Shown here piece after piece: positions 9,695 to 18,844 of a stretch of 64,000 bases of DNA. Within the stretch, counting starts at the first letter, position 1, and each line of letters begins with the position of its first letter. The notes under the pieces were generated by a model. The model was not told the DNA's origin. It did not search any database and saw only the letters and a program-made list of their open reading frames with translations. The stretch is from Candidatus Omnitrophota bacterium (GTDB taxonomy: Bacteria; Omnitrophota; Gorgyraeia; JAFGHF01), in assembly GCA_043805735.1 (NCBI GenBank), contig JAZDHS010000024.1, positions 2,792 to 66,791 on the forward strand. Direction: 5' to 3'. The position numbers were made by a program, and so were the translations under genes.

Positions 9695-10096
9695 ATGCCC
9701 AGGCTTATTGGAATTGACATACCTAAAGAAAAAAGAATTGAAATCGCCCTGACTTATATTTACGGTATTGGCAGAGCAACTTCCAACAGAGTTTTAAGCA
9801 TCGCCGGCATTAGTCCTGACGTACGGGCCAAGGATTTAACTGAAGATGAAATTGCCAAGTTAACCAACGTCATTCAAAAAGAGGCAAAAGTAGAAGGAGA
9901 TTTACGTAGAGAAATATCGCAAAATATCAAACGGCTGATGGATATCGGCAGCTGGCGCGGTTTAAGGCACAAAAAGGGCTTGCCGGTACGCGGGCAACGC
10001 ACCCGGACAAACGCCAGGACGCGTAAGGGTCCCCGTAAGACTGTAGGCGCATCGAAAAAGGCCAAGGAAACTGTTGCCGCAAAGGCCGCCCAATAG
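9695..10096 (+). CDS. rpsM: 30S ribosomal protein S13
   Basis: [27 protein letters not shown]. Confidence 0.99.
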   Translation: MPRLIGIDIPKEKRIEIALTYIYGIGRATSNRVLSIAGISPDVRAKDLTEDEIAKLTNVIQKEAKVEGDLRREISQNIKRLMDIGSWRGLRHKKGLPVRGQRTRTNARTRKGPRKTVGASKKAKETVAAKAAQ

Positions 10097-10125
10097 AATT
10101 ACCGTGAATAACTAAGAGGAGAGCA

Positions 10126-10515
10126 ATGACCACCAAACCAAAAAAAACAAAGAAGAAGTTTCTTACGGATATTAGCATTTGTATCGCCCATATCCAGGCG
10201 ACATTCAACAATACGATTATTACGATTACCGATTTAAAAGGCAATGCCGTAGCTTGGGCCTCAAGCGGCGTAGTCGGTTTTAAAGGTTCAAAAAAATCTA
10301 CTCCTTTCGCCGCGCAGGTAGCCGCAGAGAATGTGGCCCGCCGGGCTAAGGAAATGGGGGTAAAACAAGTCGAAATCTTTATCAGCGGTCCGGGCTCGGG
10401 AAGAGAGTCGGCAATTCGCGCCATCCAGGCCGCCGGGCTTTCGATTACCGCAATCAGAGACGTAACGCCCATTCCACATAACGGATGCCGGCCCCCGAAA
10501 CGCAGGAGAGTATAA
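10126..10515 (+). CDS. rpsK: 30S ribosomal protein S11
   Basis: [34 protein letters not shown]. Confidence 0.99.
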   Translation: MTTKPKKTKKKFLTDISICIAHIQATFNNTIITITDLKGNAVAWASSGVVGFKGSKKSTPFAAQVAAENVARRAKEMGVKQVEIFISGPGSGRESAIRAIQAAGLSITAIRDVTPIPHNGCRPPKRRRV

Positions 10516-11141
10516 TGGCGAGATACACTGGTCCATCATGCAGATTATGTAGAAGGGAAGGGGTTAAGCTCTTCTTAAAGGGAACCCGCTGTACGAGTGA
10601 AAAGTGCGCTTTAAATAAACGCGCCTTCCCGCCCGGACAGCACGGTAAAAATCGTATTAAGCTTTCCGATTACGCAGTGCAGTTGCGAGAAAAACAAAAA
10701 GTACGCCGCATCTACGGCTTAACCGAAAAACAATTCAGGCTCTATTTTAAAAAAGCTGAAAAAAGTAAAGGCGTTACCGGCACGGCGCTCTTGCAGTCCC
10801 TGGAAAGAAGGCTCGATAGCGTGGTTCTCAATTTAGGCTTTGCGCTTTCCCGGCAGCAGGCCCGCCAAATAGTAAAACACAAATTCCTTTTAGTCAATAC
10901 CAAACCGGTTGATGTGCCTTCTTTCTTAGTAAAACCCAGCGACATCATTACGATAAAAAATGACGAAGGCAAGATGAAGTTAATTAAGGAACTGCTTAAG
11001 GTCACCAAAGACAAAATGATTCCGGACTGGATTGCGTTGGATAAAGAGAAATTAGAGGCCAAAGTCATGCGCGTCCCGCGCCGGGAAGAAATACCTTATC
11101 CGATCCGCGAACAGCTAATCATTGAACTTTATTCAAAATAA
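10515..11141 (+). CDS. rpsD: 30S ribosomal protein S4
   Basis: [35 protein letters not shown]. Confidence 0.99.
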   Translation: MARYTGPSCRLCRREGVKLFLKGTRCTSEKCALNKRAFPPGQHGKNRIKLSDYAVQLREKQKVRRIYGLTEKQFRLYFKKAEKSKGVTGTALLQSLERRLDSVVLNLGFALSRQQARQIVKHKFLLVNTKPVDVPSFLVKPSDIITIKNDEGKMKLIKELLKVTKDKMIPDWIALDKEKLEAKVMRVPRREEIPYPIREQLIIELYSK

Positions 11142-11160
11142 ACAAGTAGCAGGAGGAAAA

Positions 11161-12153
11161 ATGGGAATTAAGTGGAGAAATTTTGAGATGCCTAAAAAGC
11201 TGGAAATGATCCAGGAGGAGAATTTATCCCCGGATTCCTACGGCAAATTTATTGCCGAACCTTTTGAACGAGGCTACGGAATCACCATCGGTAACTCCAT
11301 AAGAAGAATTTTGCTTTCTTCCATTGAGGGCAGCGCGATTACTTCCATTAAAATCGAAGGGGTGCTTCATGAGTTTTCCACTATGCCCGGAGTCGTTGAG
11401 GATGTGCCGGAAATAATTCTCAACATTAAAAAGTTAACTCTAAGGGGGCACACCAAAAACCCGAAAACAATTTTTATTAAGGCTGAGAAGAAGGGCGAGG
11501 TCACCGCGGCGGATATCATTACTGATGAAACCATCGAGGTGGTCAATCCCGAGCTGCACATCGCCACGCTTTCCAAAAATAGCAAATTTTTTGTGGAAAT
11601 GGAAGTCGGCCGGGGACGAGGCTATGTGCCTGCGGAAAAAAACAAAAAAGAATCACAGAGTATCGGCGTAATTCCGATTGATTCGCTTTTTTCCCCGATT
11701 ACCAAAGTGAATTTTCACGTTGAAAACACTAGGGTCGGCCAGATGACCGATTACGACAAACTGATTTTGGAAATCTGGACGAATAGAGGCATCGGCCCCA
11801 AAGATGCGCTGCTTTACGCGGCCAATATCCTGCAAAAGCACCTCGAGGTTTTTATTGGATTCGGAAAACTCCCTGAAGAAGAAGAGCTACAGGAGAGTTC
11901 CGAAGACCAGGAACTCTATGATAAGCTCCGACAGCCAATTTCCGAACTGGAGTTATCGGTCAGAAGCAGCAACTGCCTTGAGGAGGCGCGGATTAAAACT
12001 ATCGGCGACCTGGTCCAAAAATCCGAGATGGAAATGCTCAAATACCGTAATTTCGGCAAAAAGTCGCTGGCCGAGATTAATAATATCCTCGGCGGTATGA
12101 ACCTTTCGCTGGGAATGAAGATTGACTCCAAAAAACTTAAGAAAAAACAATAA
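11161..12153 (+). CDS. rpoA: RNA polymerase subunit alpha
   Basis: EPFERGYGITIGNSIRRILLSS, LELSVRSSNCL, NFGKKSL. Confidence 0.99.
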   Translation: MGIKWRNFEMPKKLEMIQEENLSPDSYGKFIAEPFERGYGITIGNSIRRILLSSIEGSAITSIKIEGVLHEFSTMPGVVEDVPEIILNIKKLTLRGHTKNPKTIFIKAEKKGEVTAADIITDETIEVVNPELHIATLSKNSKFFVEMEVGRGRGYVPAEKNKKESQSIGVIPIDSLFSPITKVNFHVENTRVGQMTDYDKLILEIWTNRGIGPKDALLYAANILQKHLEVFIGFGKLPEEEELQESSEDQELYDKLRQPISELELSVRSSNCLEEARIKTIGDLVQKSEMEMLKYRNFGKKSLAEINNILGGMNLSLGMKIDSKKLKKKQ

Positions 12154-12170
12154 GGTAAGGAATAAAAACA

Positions 12171-12743
12171 ATGCGCCATCGTAAGTTTTCACAAAGGCTG
12201 AGCAGGCCACTAGGAGCTAGGCGTGCAACTGTACGTAATCTGGTGCGGGCACTGCTTAAATACCAACGTATTAAAACAACTAGAGCGAAGGCAAAATTTA
12301 CGCAGCGTGTTGTTGAGCGGCTGATCACTATCGGTAAAGAAGACTCGCTCCACGCTCGTCGAAAGGCCTATCAATTTTTGAATGATCGAGACATGGTCCA
12401 GCATCTTTTTAAGAAAATTGTACCGCTGTTTAAAAACCGAAACTCAGGATTTACCCGGGTAATTCACTTGCCGATCTACCGAGCAGGTGATGGCACAAGC
12501 CTGGTTCTTTTAGAGCTCACCGAACAGCTACCGATCGTTAAGCCGGTCCATTCCAAAAAAGAAAAGGCCGAAAAGCCCGTTCAAGGGAACAAGCCTGAAC
12601 CAGAAAAAACACTAAAGACGGAAACGATTAAAGAAGAAACAAAACACCCGCACAAATTTGAAAAACCCTTCAAAAAAGAAAAACCGAAGAAATTTTTAGG
12701 AGGGTTACGCCGGCTATTTAAGAAAGAAAGGGATTCTTTGTGA
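12171..12743 (+). CDS. rplQ: 50S ribosomal protein L17 with long C-terminal extension
   Basis: MRHRK, IKTTRAKAK, GFTRV, RAGDG; about 70-aa charged tail. Confidence 0.97.
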   Translation: MRHRKFSQRLSRPLGARRATVRNLVRALLKYQRIKTTRAKAKFTQRVVERLITIGKEDSLHARRKAYQFLNDRDMVQHLFKKIVPLFKNRNSGFTRVIHLPIYRAGDGTSLVLLELTEQLPIVKPVHSKKEKAEKPVQGNKPEPEKTLKTETIKEETKHPHKFEKPFKKEKPKKFLGGLRRLFKKERDSL

Positions 12744-13912
12744 AAATAGCCAAAAGGCTGGAGAAAGTTAGCCCTTCGCTTACTTTAGAAGTGACTAACT
12801 TGGCGAAAAAGCTCAAGGACCAAGGACGGGCGATAGTAAACTTTGCTGGAGGCGAACCGGATTTTGATACTCCGGAACATATAAAATTGGCAGCAATAGC
12901 GGCAATCAAGGAAGGGTTCACTAAATACACTCCTTCCTCCGGTACGGCCCAACTGAAAAAAGCAATTGCCCAAAAGTTCCTTCAGGACAATCACCTATCT
13001 TATACCCCCGAACAGATCATCGTCAGTTGCGGAGCTAAGCACTCTATTTACAACATAATCCTCGCCCTCTGTGAAAAAGGCGATGAGGTAATTATGGGCT
13101 CGCCGTACTGGCTGAGTTATCCGGAAATGGTGGCCTTAGCCGAGGCCAAAGCTAAAATCGTTAAAACCCCACTGAAAAAAAATTTTAAACTCGATAAAGA
13201 GTCGCTCCAGCGCAGTATCAATAAAAAGAGCAAGCTCCTTATTCTCAATAGCCCCTCTAATCCCACCGGCGCAGTTTATACCCGTGACGAACTCAAAGAG
13301 ATTGTTGAGGTGGTGCTGCGCCATAATCTCTATGTGATTAGTGACGAAATTTACGAGAAACTGATTTACGATGGCCAAGAGCATGTCTCCTGCGCCTCTT
13401 TAGGAAAAGAAATCTTCCAGCGCACGATTGTTGTCAATGGCGTTTCTAAAAGTTACGCGATGACGGGCTGGAGAATCGGCTACTTAGCCTCACCCGACAA
13501 GGAAATTGTCAATGCCATCGATACCCTCCAAAGCCATTCTACCTCTAACCCCTGTTCGATCAGCCAAAAGGCTACTTTAGAAGCACTCACCACCACCGAC
13601 AACACCCAGATGCAAAAAATGGTGCAGGAGTTTCAGTCCAGAAGAGACATTCTCCTCCAGGGGCTCGACGCGGCGAAGATTCCCTATGTCAAGCCTCAAG
13701 GGGCCTTTTACGTCTTCTGCAATATCGCCAAGACCGGCCTGAATTCAATAACGTTCTCTCGAGAACTCCTGGAACAGGCAGAGGTAGCGGTCATTCCCGG
13801 AATAGCCTTCGGCAAAGACGACTACGTACGCTTGAGCTTTTCCACCAGCGCTGAGCAAATTCGCGAAGGAACGCGGCGAATTAAAGATTGGCTTAAGTCG
13901 CGTAATCGCTAA
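12740..13912 (+). CDS. aspC: PLP-dependent aminotransferase class I/II (aspartate aminotransferase-like)
   Basis: GEPDFDTP, NSPSNPTG, SDEIY, SKSYAMTGWRIGY. Confidence 0.9.
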   Translation: MKIAKRLEKVSPSLTLEVTNLAKKLKDQGRAIVNFAGGEPDFDTPEHIKLAAIAAIKEGFTKYTPSSGTAQLKKAIAQKFLQDNHLSYTPEQIIVSCGAKHSIYNIILALCEKGDEVIMGSPYWLSYPEMVALAEAKAKIVKTPLKKNFKLDKESLQRSINKKSKLLILNSPSNPTGAVYTRDELKEIVEVVLRHNLYVISDEIYEKLIYDGQEHVSCASLGKEIFQRTIVVNGVSKSYAMTGWRIGYLASPDKEIVNAIDTLQSHSTSNPCSISQKATLEALTTTDNTQMQKMVQEFQSRRDILLQGLDAAKIPYVKPQGAFYVFCNIAKTGLNSITFSRELLEQAEVAVIPGIAFGKDDYVRLSFSTSAEQIREGTRRIKDWLKSRNR

Positions 13913-13940
13913 AACAAAAGCACTGCGGATCTAATCAAAC

Positions 13941-15206
13941 ATGGGCCAGACTATTGTCGAAAAAATACTCTCAAGCCACAGCCGCAAGAAGGTCAAGGCG
14001 GGGGATATCGCTATCTGTGATATCGATTTTTGTTTTGGCCAAGACGGCACTTCCGAACTCGTCATTGACAACTTCCGTTCTCTGGGAAAGAAACAGGTGT
14101 TCGATAAAAAGAAGTTTGCTATTGTTATCGACCACAGCACGCCCAGCCCCAAACAATCCATCTCCAATATTCATAGTAAACTAAGAAGTTTCAGTAAGGA
14201 ACAGGGCACGCTCCTTTTTGATATCGGCTGCGGGGTCTGTCATCAGGTTATCCCGGAATCGGGAGTTATACTTCCCGGAAGCGTTGTCATCGGGGCTGAC
14301 TCGCATACCTGCACTTACGGAGCGCTCAACGCCTTCGCCTGTGGACTAGGCTCCACTGATATCGCCATTACCTTAGCCAGTGGCAAAAATTGGTTCAAGG
14401 TTCCTCAAACCATTAAAATTGTGGTCAAGGGCCGCTTGGCTTTAGGTGTATCGGCCAAAGACATTGTGCTTTATGTTATCGGGACGCTCACCGCTAACGG
14501 CTGCACTTATAAAGCCGTAGAGTTTAGCGGCCCGGCAATGGATAGCTTAAGTATGGACGGGCGATTCACCATCAGCAATATGGCCGTAGAAATGGGTGCA
14601 AAATGCGGAATTTTTTGCGCCGATGCCAAAACACGAGCGTGGCTGGGTAACAAAACAAAAAGGAAAATAAGAGCAGTTGCTGCCGACGAAGACGCCCGTT
14701 ATGAAAAGGTAGTTGAATTTGATATATCCAAGCTCACCCCGCAGATAGCCAAACCGCATAGCGTAGATAACGTTGTCACTATTGACCAGATGAAAGGCAC
14801 GCCGATTCAGCTCGCCTATTTAGGTACCTGCACCAACGGCAGACTCCAAGACCTGACTATTGCCGCAAATATTGTCAAAGGCAGAAAGGTAAAAGCAGGA
14901 GTAACTTTTGTAGTTGCCCCGGCTTCTAAAATTATCTACCTTGAGGCGGCAAAACGTGGTATATTAGAAACCTTGACCGCTGCTGGAGCAGTAATACTTC
15001 CCCCTGGATGCGGACCATGCGTGGGAACGCATGCCGGCGTACCTGCCGACGGACAAAACGTTATTTCGACCGCGAATAGAAATTTTAAAGGCCGGATGGG
15101 TAATCCCAGCGCCTTTATTTATCTGGCATCTCCGGCCACGGTAAGCGCTAGCGCCCTGACCGGAGAAATCAGCAATCCCGCATCCTATTTAAGAAAGAAG
15201 AGATAA
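13941..15206 (+). CDS. leuC: Aconitase-family hydro-lyase large subunit (LeuC/HacA type)
   Basis: GADSHTCTYGA, GTCTNGR, CGPC, STANRNFKGRMG; 4Fe-4S cysteines intact. Confidence 0.88.
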   Translation: MGQTIVEKILSSHSRKKVKAGDIAICDIDFCFGQDGTSELVIDNFRSLGKKQVFDKKKFAIVIDHSTPSPKQSISNIHSKLRSFSKEQGTLLFDIGCGVCHQVIPESGVILPGSVVIGADSHTCTYGALNAFACGLGSTDIAITLASGKNWFKVPQTIKIVVKGRLALGVSAKDIVLYVIGTLTANGCTYKAVEFSGPAMDSLSMDGRFTISNMAVEMGAKCGIFCADAKTRAWLGNKTKRKIRAVAADEDARYEKVVEFDISKLTPQIAKPHSVDNVVTIDQMKGTPIQLAYLGTCTNGRLQDLTIAANIVKGRKVKAGVTFVVAPASKIIYLEAAKRGILETLTAAGAVILPPGCGPCVGTHAGVPADGQNVISTANRNFKGRMGNPSAFIYLASPATVSASALTGEISNPASYLRKKR

Positions 15207-15208
15207 CT

Positions 15209-16294
15209 ATGGATTTAAGGACGCTACTACAGGTGGCTTTGGAAAAAGGCGCATCGGATTTACATATTACCGAAAACGCGCCCCCGATGCTGCGCATTAA
15301 CGGAAAACTCAATTTCACTGATTTTAATAAGCTTTCGCGGGAGGATACGAAAAATTTAGTCTATAGCATCCTTACCGACGACCAGAAAAAAATCTTTGAG
15401 AAGACTTTTGAACTTGATTTTTCTTTTACCTTGCCTGGGGTGCAAAGAGTAAGAATAAACGTACATATGCAAAGAGGGAGCGTTGAGGCCGCGTTTCGCT
15501 TGGTGAGTTTAAAAATCCGCACAATCAGAGAATTGGGGCTGCCGCTCATCGCCGAAGAGCTGGCGCGCAAACCATCAGGCCTGGTTTTGATTACTGGGCC
15601 AACGGGAACGGGTAAAACCACAACCCTGGCGGCAATGGTCGATCTAATTAATAATGAGAAAGAATACATTATCGTTGCTATTGAAGACCCGATTGAATTT
15701 TTGCATTACAATAAGAAAAGCGTAATCAAGCAAAGGGAACTCTATTCCGACACTCTTTCTTTTTCCGCCGCGCTTAAACATGCGCTACGTCAGGATCCCA
15801 ACGTCATTGTAGTCGGTGAAATGCGCGACCTGGAAACCATTTCCACGGCGCTGACAGCTGCGGAAACCGGGCATTTAGTGCTGGCTACTTTGCATACGCC
15901 GGACGCACCGCAAACAATTGACCGGATTATTGATGTCTTTCCGCCGTATCAACAAAGCCAGGTTGTCGTGCAGCTTTCCAATTCCCTCCAGGGCATTATC
16001 GCGCAACGGCTCTTGCCCAGGGCCGATCGCCCGGGAAGAATAGTGGCGACCGAAGTGCTGATCGCGACCACAGCCGTACGCAATTTAGTCCGTGAACACG
16101 AAACGGAACAACTACTCACCCTTATTCAAACCGGCTCGCAATACGGTATGCATACGATGGACAAGTGCCTGCGAGAACTTTACGAAAGAAAGATTATTTC
16201 CATCGACACCGCAATGGCGCACTGTAAAGATGCGGCGGAGTTTTCCCAGTCCAGCGGTAGAGGCGGCGGGGCAGAACCACAGACCTTTCGATGA
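15209..16294 (+). CDS. pilT: Type IV pilus retraction ATPase PilT
   Basis: GASDLHI, Walker A GPTGTGKTT, EDPIE, ALRQDP...GEMRD, GHLVLATLHT, AVRNLVRE. Confidence 0.95.
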   Translation: MDLRTLLQVALEKGASDLHITENAPPMLRINGKLNFTDFNKLSREDTKNLVYSILTDDQKKIFEKTFELDFSFTLPGVQRVRINVHMQRGSVEAAFRLVSLKIRTIRELGLPLIAEELARKPSGLVLITGPTGTGKTTTLAAMVDLINNEKEYIIVAIEDPIEFLHYNKKSVIKQRELYSDTLSFSAALKHALRQDPNVIVVGEMRDLETISTALTAAETGHLVLATLHTPDAPQTIDRIIDVFPPYQQSQVVVQLSNSLQGIIAQRLLPRADRPGRIVATEVLIATTAVRNLVREHETEQLLTLIQTGSQYGMHTMDKCLRELYERKIISIDTAMAHCKDAAEFSQSSGRGGGAEPQTFR

Positions 16295-16797
16295 AAAACA
16301 AGGCCACAGCCTATAAATTCGGCGATAATATCAGCACTGACCTGATTATTTCCGGGCGCTATAAATTCGCGATCCGCGATATGAAGGAACTAGCCAAACA
16401 TGCCATGGAAGATGCCGACCCTGATTTTTACCAGAAGACGCAAGGAAAACCTTCTTTCGTAGTTGGCGGCTGGAATTTTGGCATGGGCTCCTCGCGCGAA
16501 CAGGCCCCCTGGGCGCTCAAAGAGGCCAATGTCCAGGCAGTTATTGCCAAAAATTTCGCCCGTATTTTTTACCGCAATGCCTTTAATATCGGGCTGCCTT
16601 TGGTTGAGTGCAATACCGATTTAATCGCTAATGAAGATATTTTAGAACTGGATTTAGATAAGAGCTACTTAAAAAATATTACCAAAAATCGCGAAATTCC
16701 CATTGAGCCAATCCACCCGACGATGAGTGCGTTACTGAAGGCCGGTGGGGTAATCAGCTATTTAAAAGAACATAAGGATTTAAACTTTGAGGCATAG
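16291..16797 (+). CDS. leuD: Aconitase-family hydro-lyase small subunit (LeuD/HacB type)
   Basis: GDNISTDLII, NFGMGSSREQA, FARIFYRNAFNIGLP. Confidence 0.88.
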   Translation: MKNKATAYKFGDNISTDLIISGRYKFAIRDMKELAKHAMEDADPDFYQKTQGKPSFVVGGWNFGMGSSREQAPWALKEANVQAVIAKNFARIFYRNAFNIGLPLVECNTDLIANEDILELDLDKSYLKNITKNREIPIEPIHPTMSALLKAGGVISYLKEHKDLNFEA

Positions 16798-17875
16798 AGT
16801 AACGATTATTCCTGGTGATGGCATCGGGCAGGAAGTAAGCCTGGCCGCTAAAAGATGCATTGACTCTACCGGCGTGGAAATTCAATGGGAAGAGGCATTG
16901 GTCGGAGAAGAGGCCTTAAAGAAGTACGGAGAGATTTTGCCGCCGGCCACTATTGAGTCGATTAAAAAAAATAAAGTGGCAATTAAAGGCCCGGTCATTA
17001 CTCCCATCGGTAAAGGGTTTCGCTCGGTTAACGTGCAATTAAGGCAGGTGCTTGACCTCTATGCTTGCGTACGTCCCTGTAAATGGTATGAAGGGGTCAA
17101 GGCCCCCTACACACATATCGACCTGGTCGTAATTAGGGAAAACACCGAAGACCTTTATGCCGGTATTGAGTTTGATATCCACGAGCAGTCGACTAAAGAA
17201 CTAATTTCGTGCATTCAAAAATTAGGCGGTAAAACTATCCGGCCGGATAGCGCCTTAAGCATTAAACCGATTTCGCGCACCGGCTCAGAAAGAATAGTCC
17301 GCTTCGCCTTCGAGTATGCCCTGGCGAATAAAAGAAAAAAAGTCACCGCCGTACACAAAGCCAATATCATGAAGTTTACCGACGGGCTGTTTATGCGGGT
17401 AGCCCAGGAAGTGGCCAAGGAATACGAGGGCCGAGTTGCTTTTGAGGAAAGATTAGTCGATAATATGTCGATGCAATTAGTGCAAAAACCGCAAGACTAT
17501 GACTGCCTGGTCCTGCCTAATCTTTACGGAGACATTCTTTCGGACTTATGCGCCGGCTTAGTCGGCGGCCTGGGCGTGGCGCCGGGCGCGAATATCGGCA
17601 AAGAATACGCCCTGTTTGAACCCACGCACGGCAGCGCTCCCAAGTACCAGGGACTGAATAAAGCCAATCCTACGGCAACTATTCTTTCCGGGGTAATGAT
17701 GTTGCGGCATTTAGGAGAAGAGCAGGCCGCGCAAAGACTGGAGCAGGCGGTAAGCGCGGTAATTAAAGAAGCGAAGTTCGTGACCTATGATTTAAAAGCC
17801 GACCGCAATGATCCCCAGGCCTGCGGGACAAGCCAAATGGCCGACGCGATTATTGCCAAACTTAAAAGGCGTTAA
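16787..17875 (+). CDS. icd: Isocitrate/isopropylmalate dehydrogenase family, isocitrate-type substrate motif
   Basis: IPGDGIG, RSVNVQLRQ, IRENTED, HKANIMK, NLYGDILSD, FEPTHGSAP. Confidence 0.82.
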   Translation: MRHRVTIIPGDGIGQEVSLAAKRCIDSTGVEIQWEEALVGEEALKKYGEILPPATIESIKKNKVAIKGPVITPIGKGFRSVNVQLRQVLDLYACVRPCKWYEGVKAPYTHIDLVVIRENTEDLYAGIEFDIHEQSTKELISCIQKLGGKTIRPDSALSIKPISRTGSERIVRFAFEYALANKRKKVTAVHKANIMKFTDGLFMRVAQEVAKEYEGRVAFEERLVDNMSMQLVQKPQDYDCLVLPNLYGDILSDLCAGLVGGLGVAPGANIGKEYALFEPTHGSAPKYQGLNKANPTATILSGVMMLRHLGEEQAAQRLEQAVSAVIKEAKFVTYDLKADRNDPQACGTSQMADAIIAKLKRR

Positions 17876-17879
17876 GACA

Positions 17880-18803
17880 ATGAGAATAGCTGTTATTGGC
17901 GCGGGAAATGTCGGGGCGGCAACGGCGATGCGTATCGCCGAAGCGGATTTGGCCGACGTTGTCCTGATCGATATTGTTGAAGGCAAAGCCGCGGGAATCG
18001 CCCTGGATATCTCAAGCGCCTCGGCGATTGTGCGCCACTCGCGTTCTTTAATCGGCAGCAGTGATTACGCTGATCTGGAGGGCGCGGAGATTGTAGTAAT
18101 GACGGCGGGCTTCGCCCGTAAACCCGGGGAAAGCCGCGACGATTTACTGTTGAAAAATGCGGCGGTAGTAAAAGAGGTTGCCGCGCAAATCGCGCGATAT
18201 TGCCCGGAGGCGATTGTCATCGTTGTCACCAATCCCCTGGACGCGATGGCCTACCTGTTGTATAAGACGACTAACTTTGCCTGCGCGCAAATCATCGGCA
18301 TGGGCGGAACCTCGGACTGCGCGCGATTGAATATGCTCATTGCCGATGAGTTAAATACAAACGTGCAAAATATTCAGTCGATGATCATCGGGGCCCATGG
18401 CGACAGCATGGTGGTCTTACCCAGGCTTTGCACAGTCCAGGGCATCCCGATCAGTGATTTATTAAGTGAAGAAAAGGTCAGTGATATTATCGAACAAACG
18501 CGCCATTTTGGCGCCCATGTTGTCGAGCTCTTAGGGCAGGGCAGCGCCTATTATGGCCCCTCCGCCGGGGTACTACAATTAGTCGATGCTATTGTCCACG
18601 ACCGCAAGAGCGTACTCTGTGCCTCTACTTTTATCGACGGGCAATATGGTTTAAACAATATCTTTATCGGCATTCCGGTAAAGATTGGGCGCAGCGGCAT
18701 TGAAGAAATCATCGAGCTGGAGTTAAACGAAGAAGAAAAAACCGATTTTATTTATTCGGTTAACAAGGTAAGAGAAACAATAGAGAAATTAGACCCTGCT
18801 TAA
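17880..18803 (+). CDS. mdh: Malate dehydrogenase (LDH-like type)
   Basis: GAGNVG, TAGFARKPGESRDDLL, VVTNPLD, GAHGD, GSAYY. Confidence 0.92.
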   Translation: MRIAVIGAGNVGAATAMRIAEADLADVVLIDIVEGKAAGIALDISSASAIVRHSRSLIGSSDYADLEGAEIVVMTAGFARKPGESRDDLLLKNAAVVKEVAAQIARYCPEAIVIVVTNPLDAMAYLLYKTTNFACAQIIGMGGTSDCARLNMLIADELNTNVQNIQSMIIGAHGDSMVVLPRLCTVQGIPISDLLSEEKVSDIIEQTRHFGAHVVELLGQGSAYYGPSAGVLQLVDAIVHDRKSVLCASTFIDGQYGLNNIFIGIPVKIGRSGIEEIIELELNEEEKTDFIYSVNKVRETIEKLDPA

Positions 18804-18830
18804 AAGGAATGCGCAGGTCTATCCTCTGGG
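18791..18830. repeat. AGACCC hairpin repeat, diverged copy overlapping the mdh stop
   Basis: agaccctgcttaaaaggaatgcgcaggtct-atcctctggg; shares the cttaaa-ggaatgc core and atcct tail with 5171. Confidence 0.75.
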
Positions 18831-18844
18831 ATTAGGAGCCTAGC

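Noticed and set aside
9927-10472. 181-aa minus-strand ORF and similar antisense ORFs across the ribosomal cluster
   Set aside because: Shadows of conserved + strand genes.
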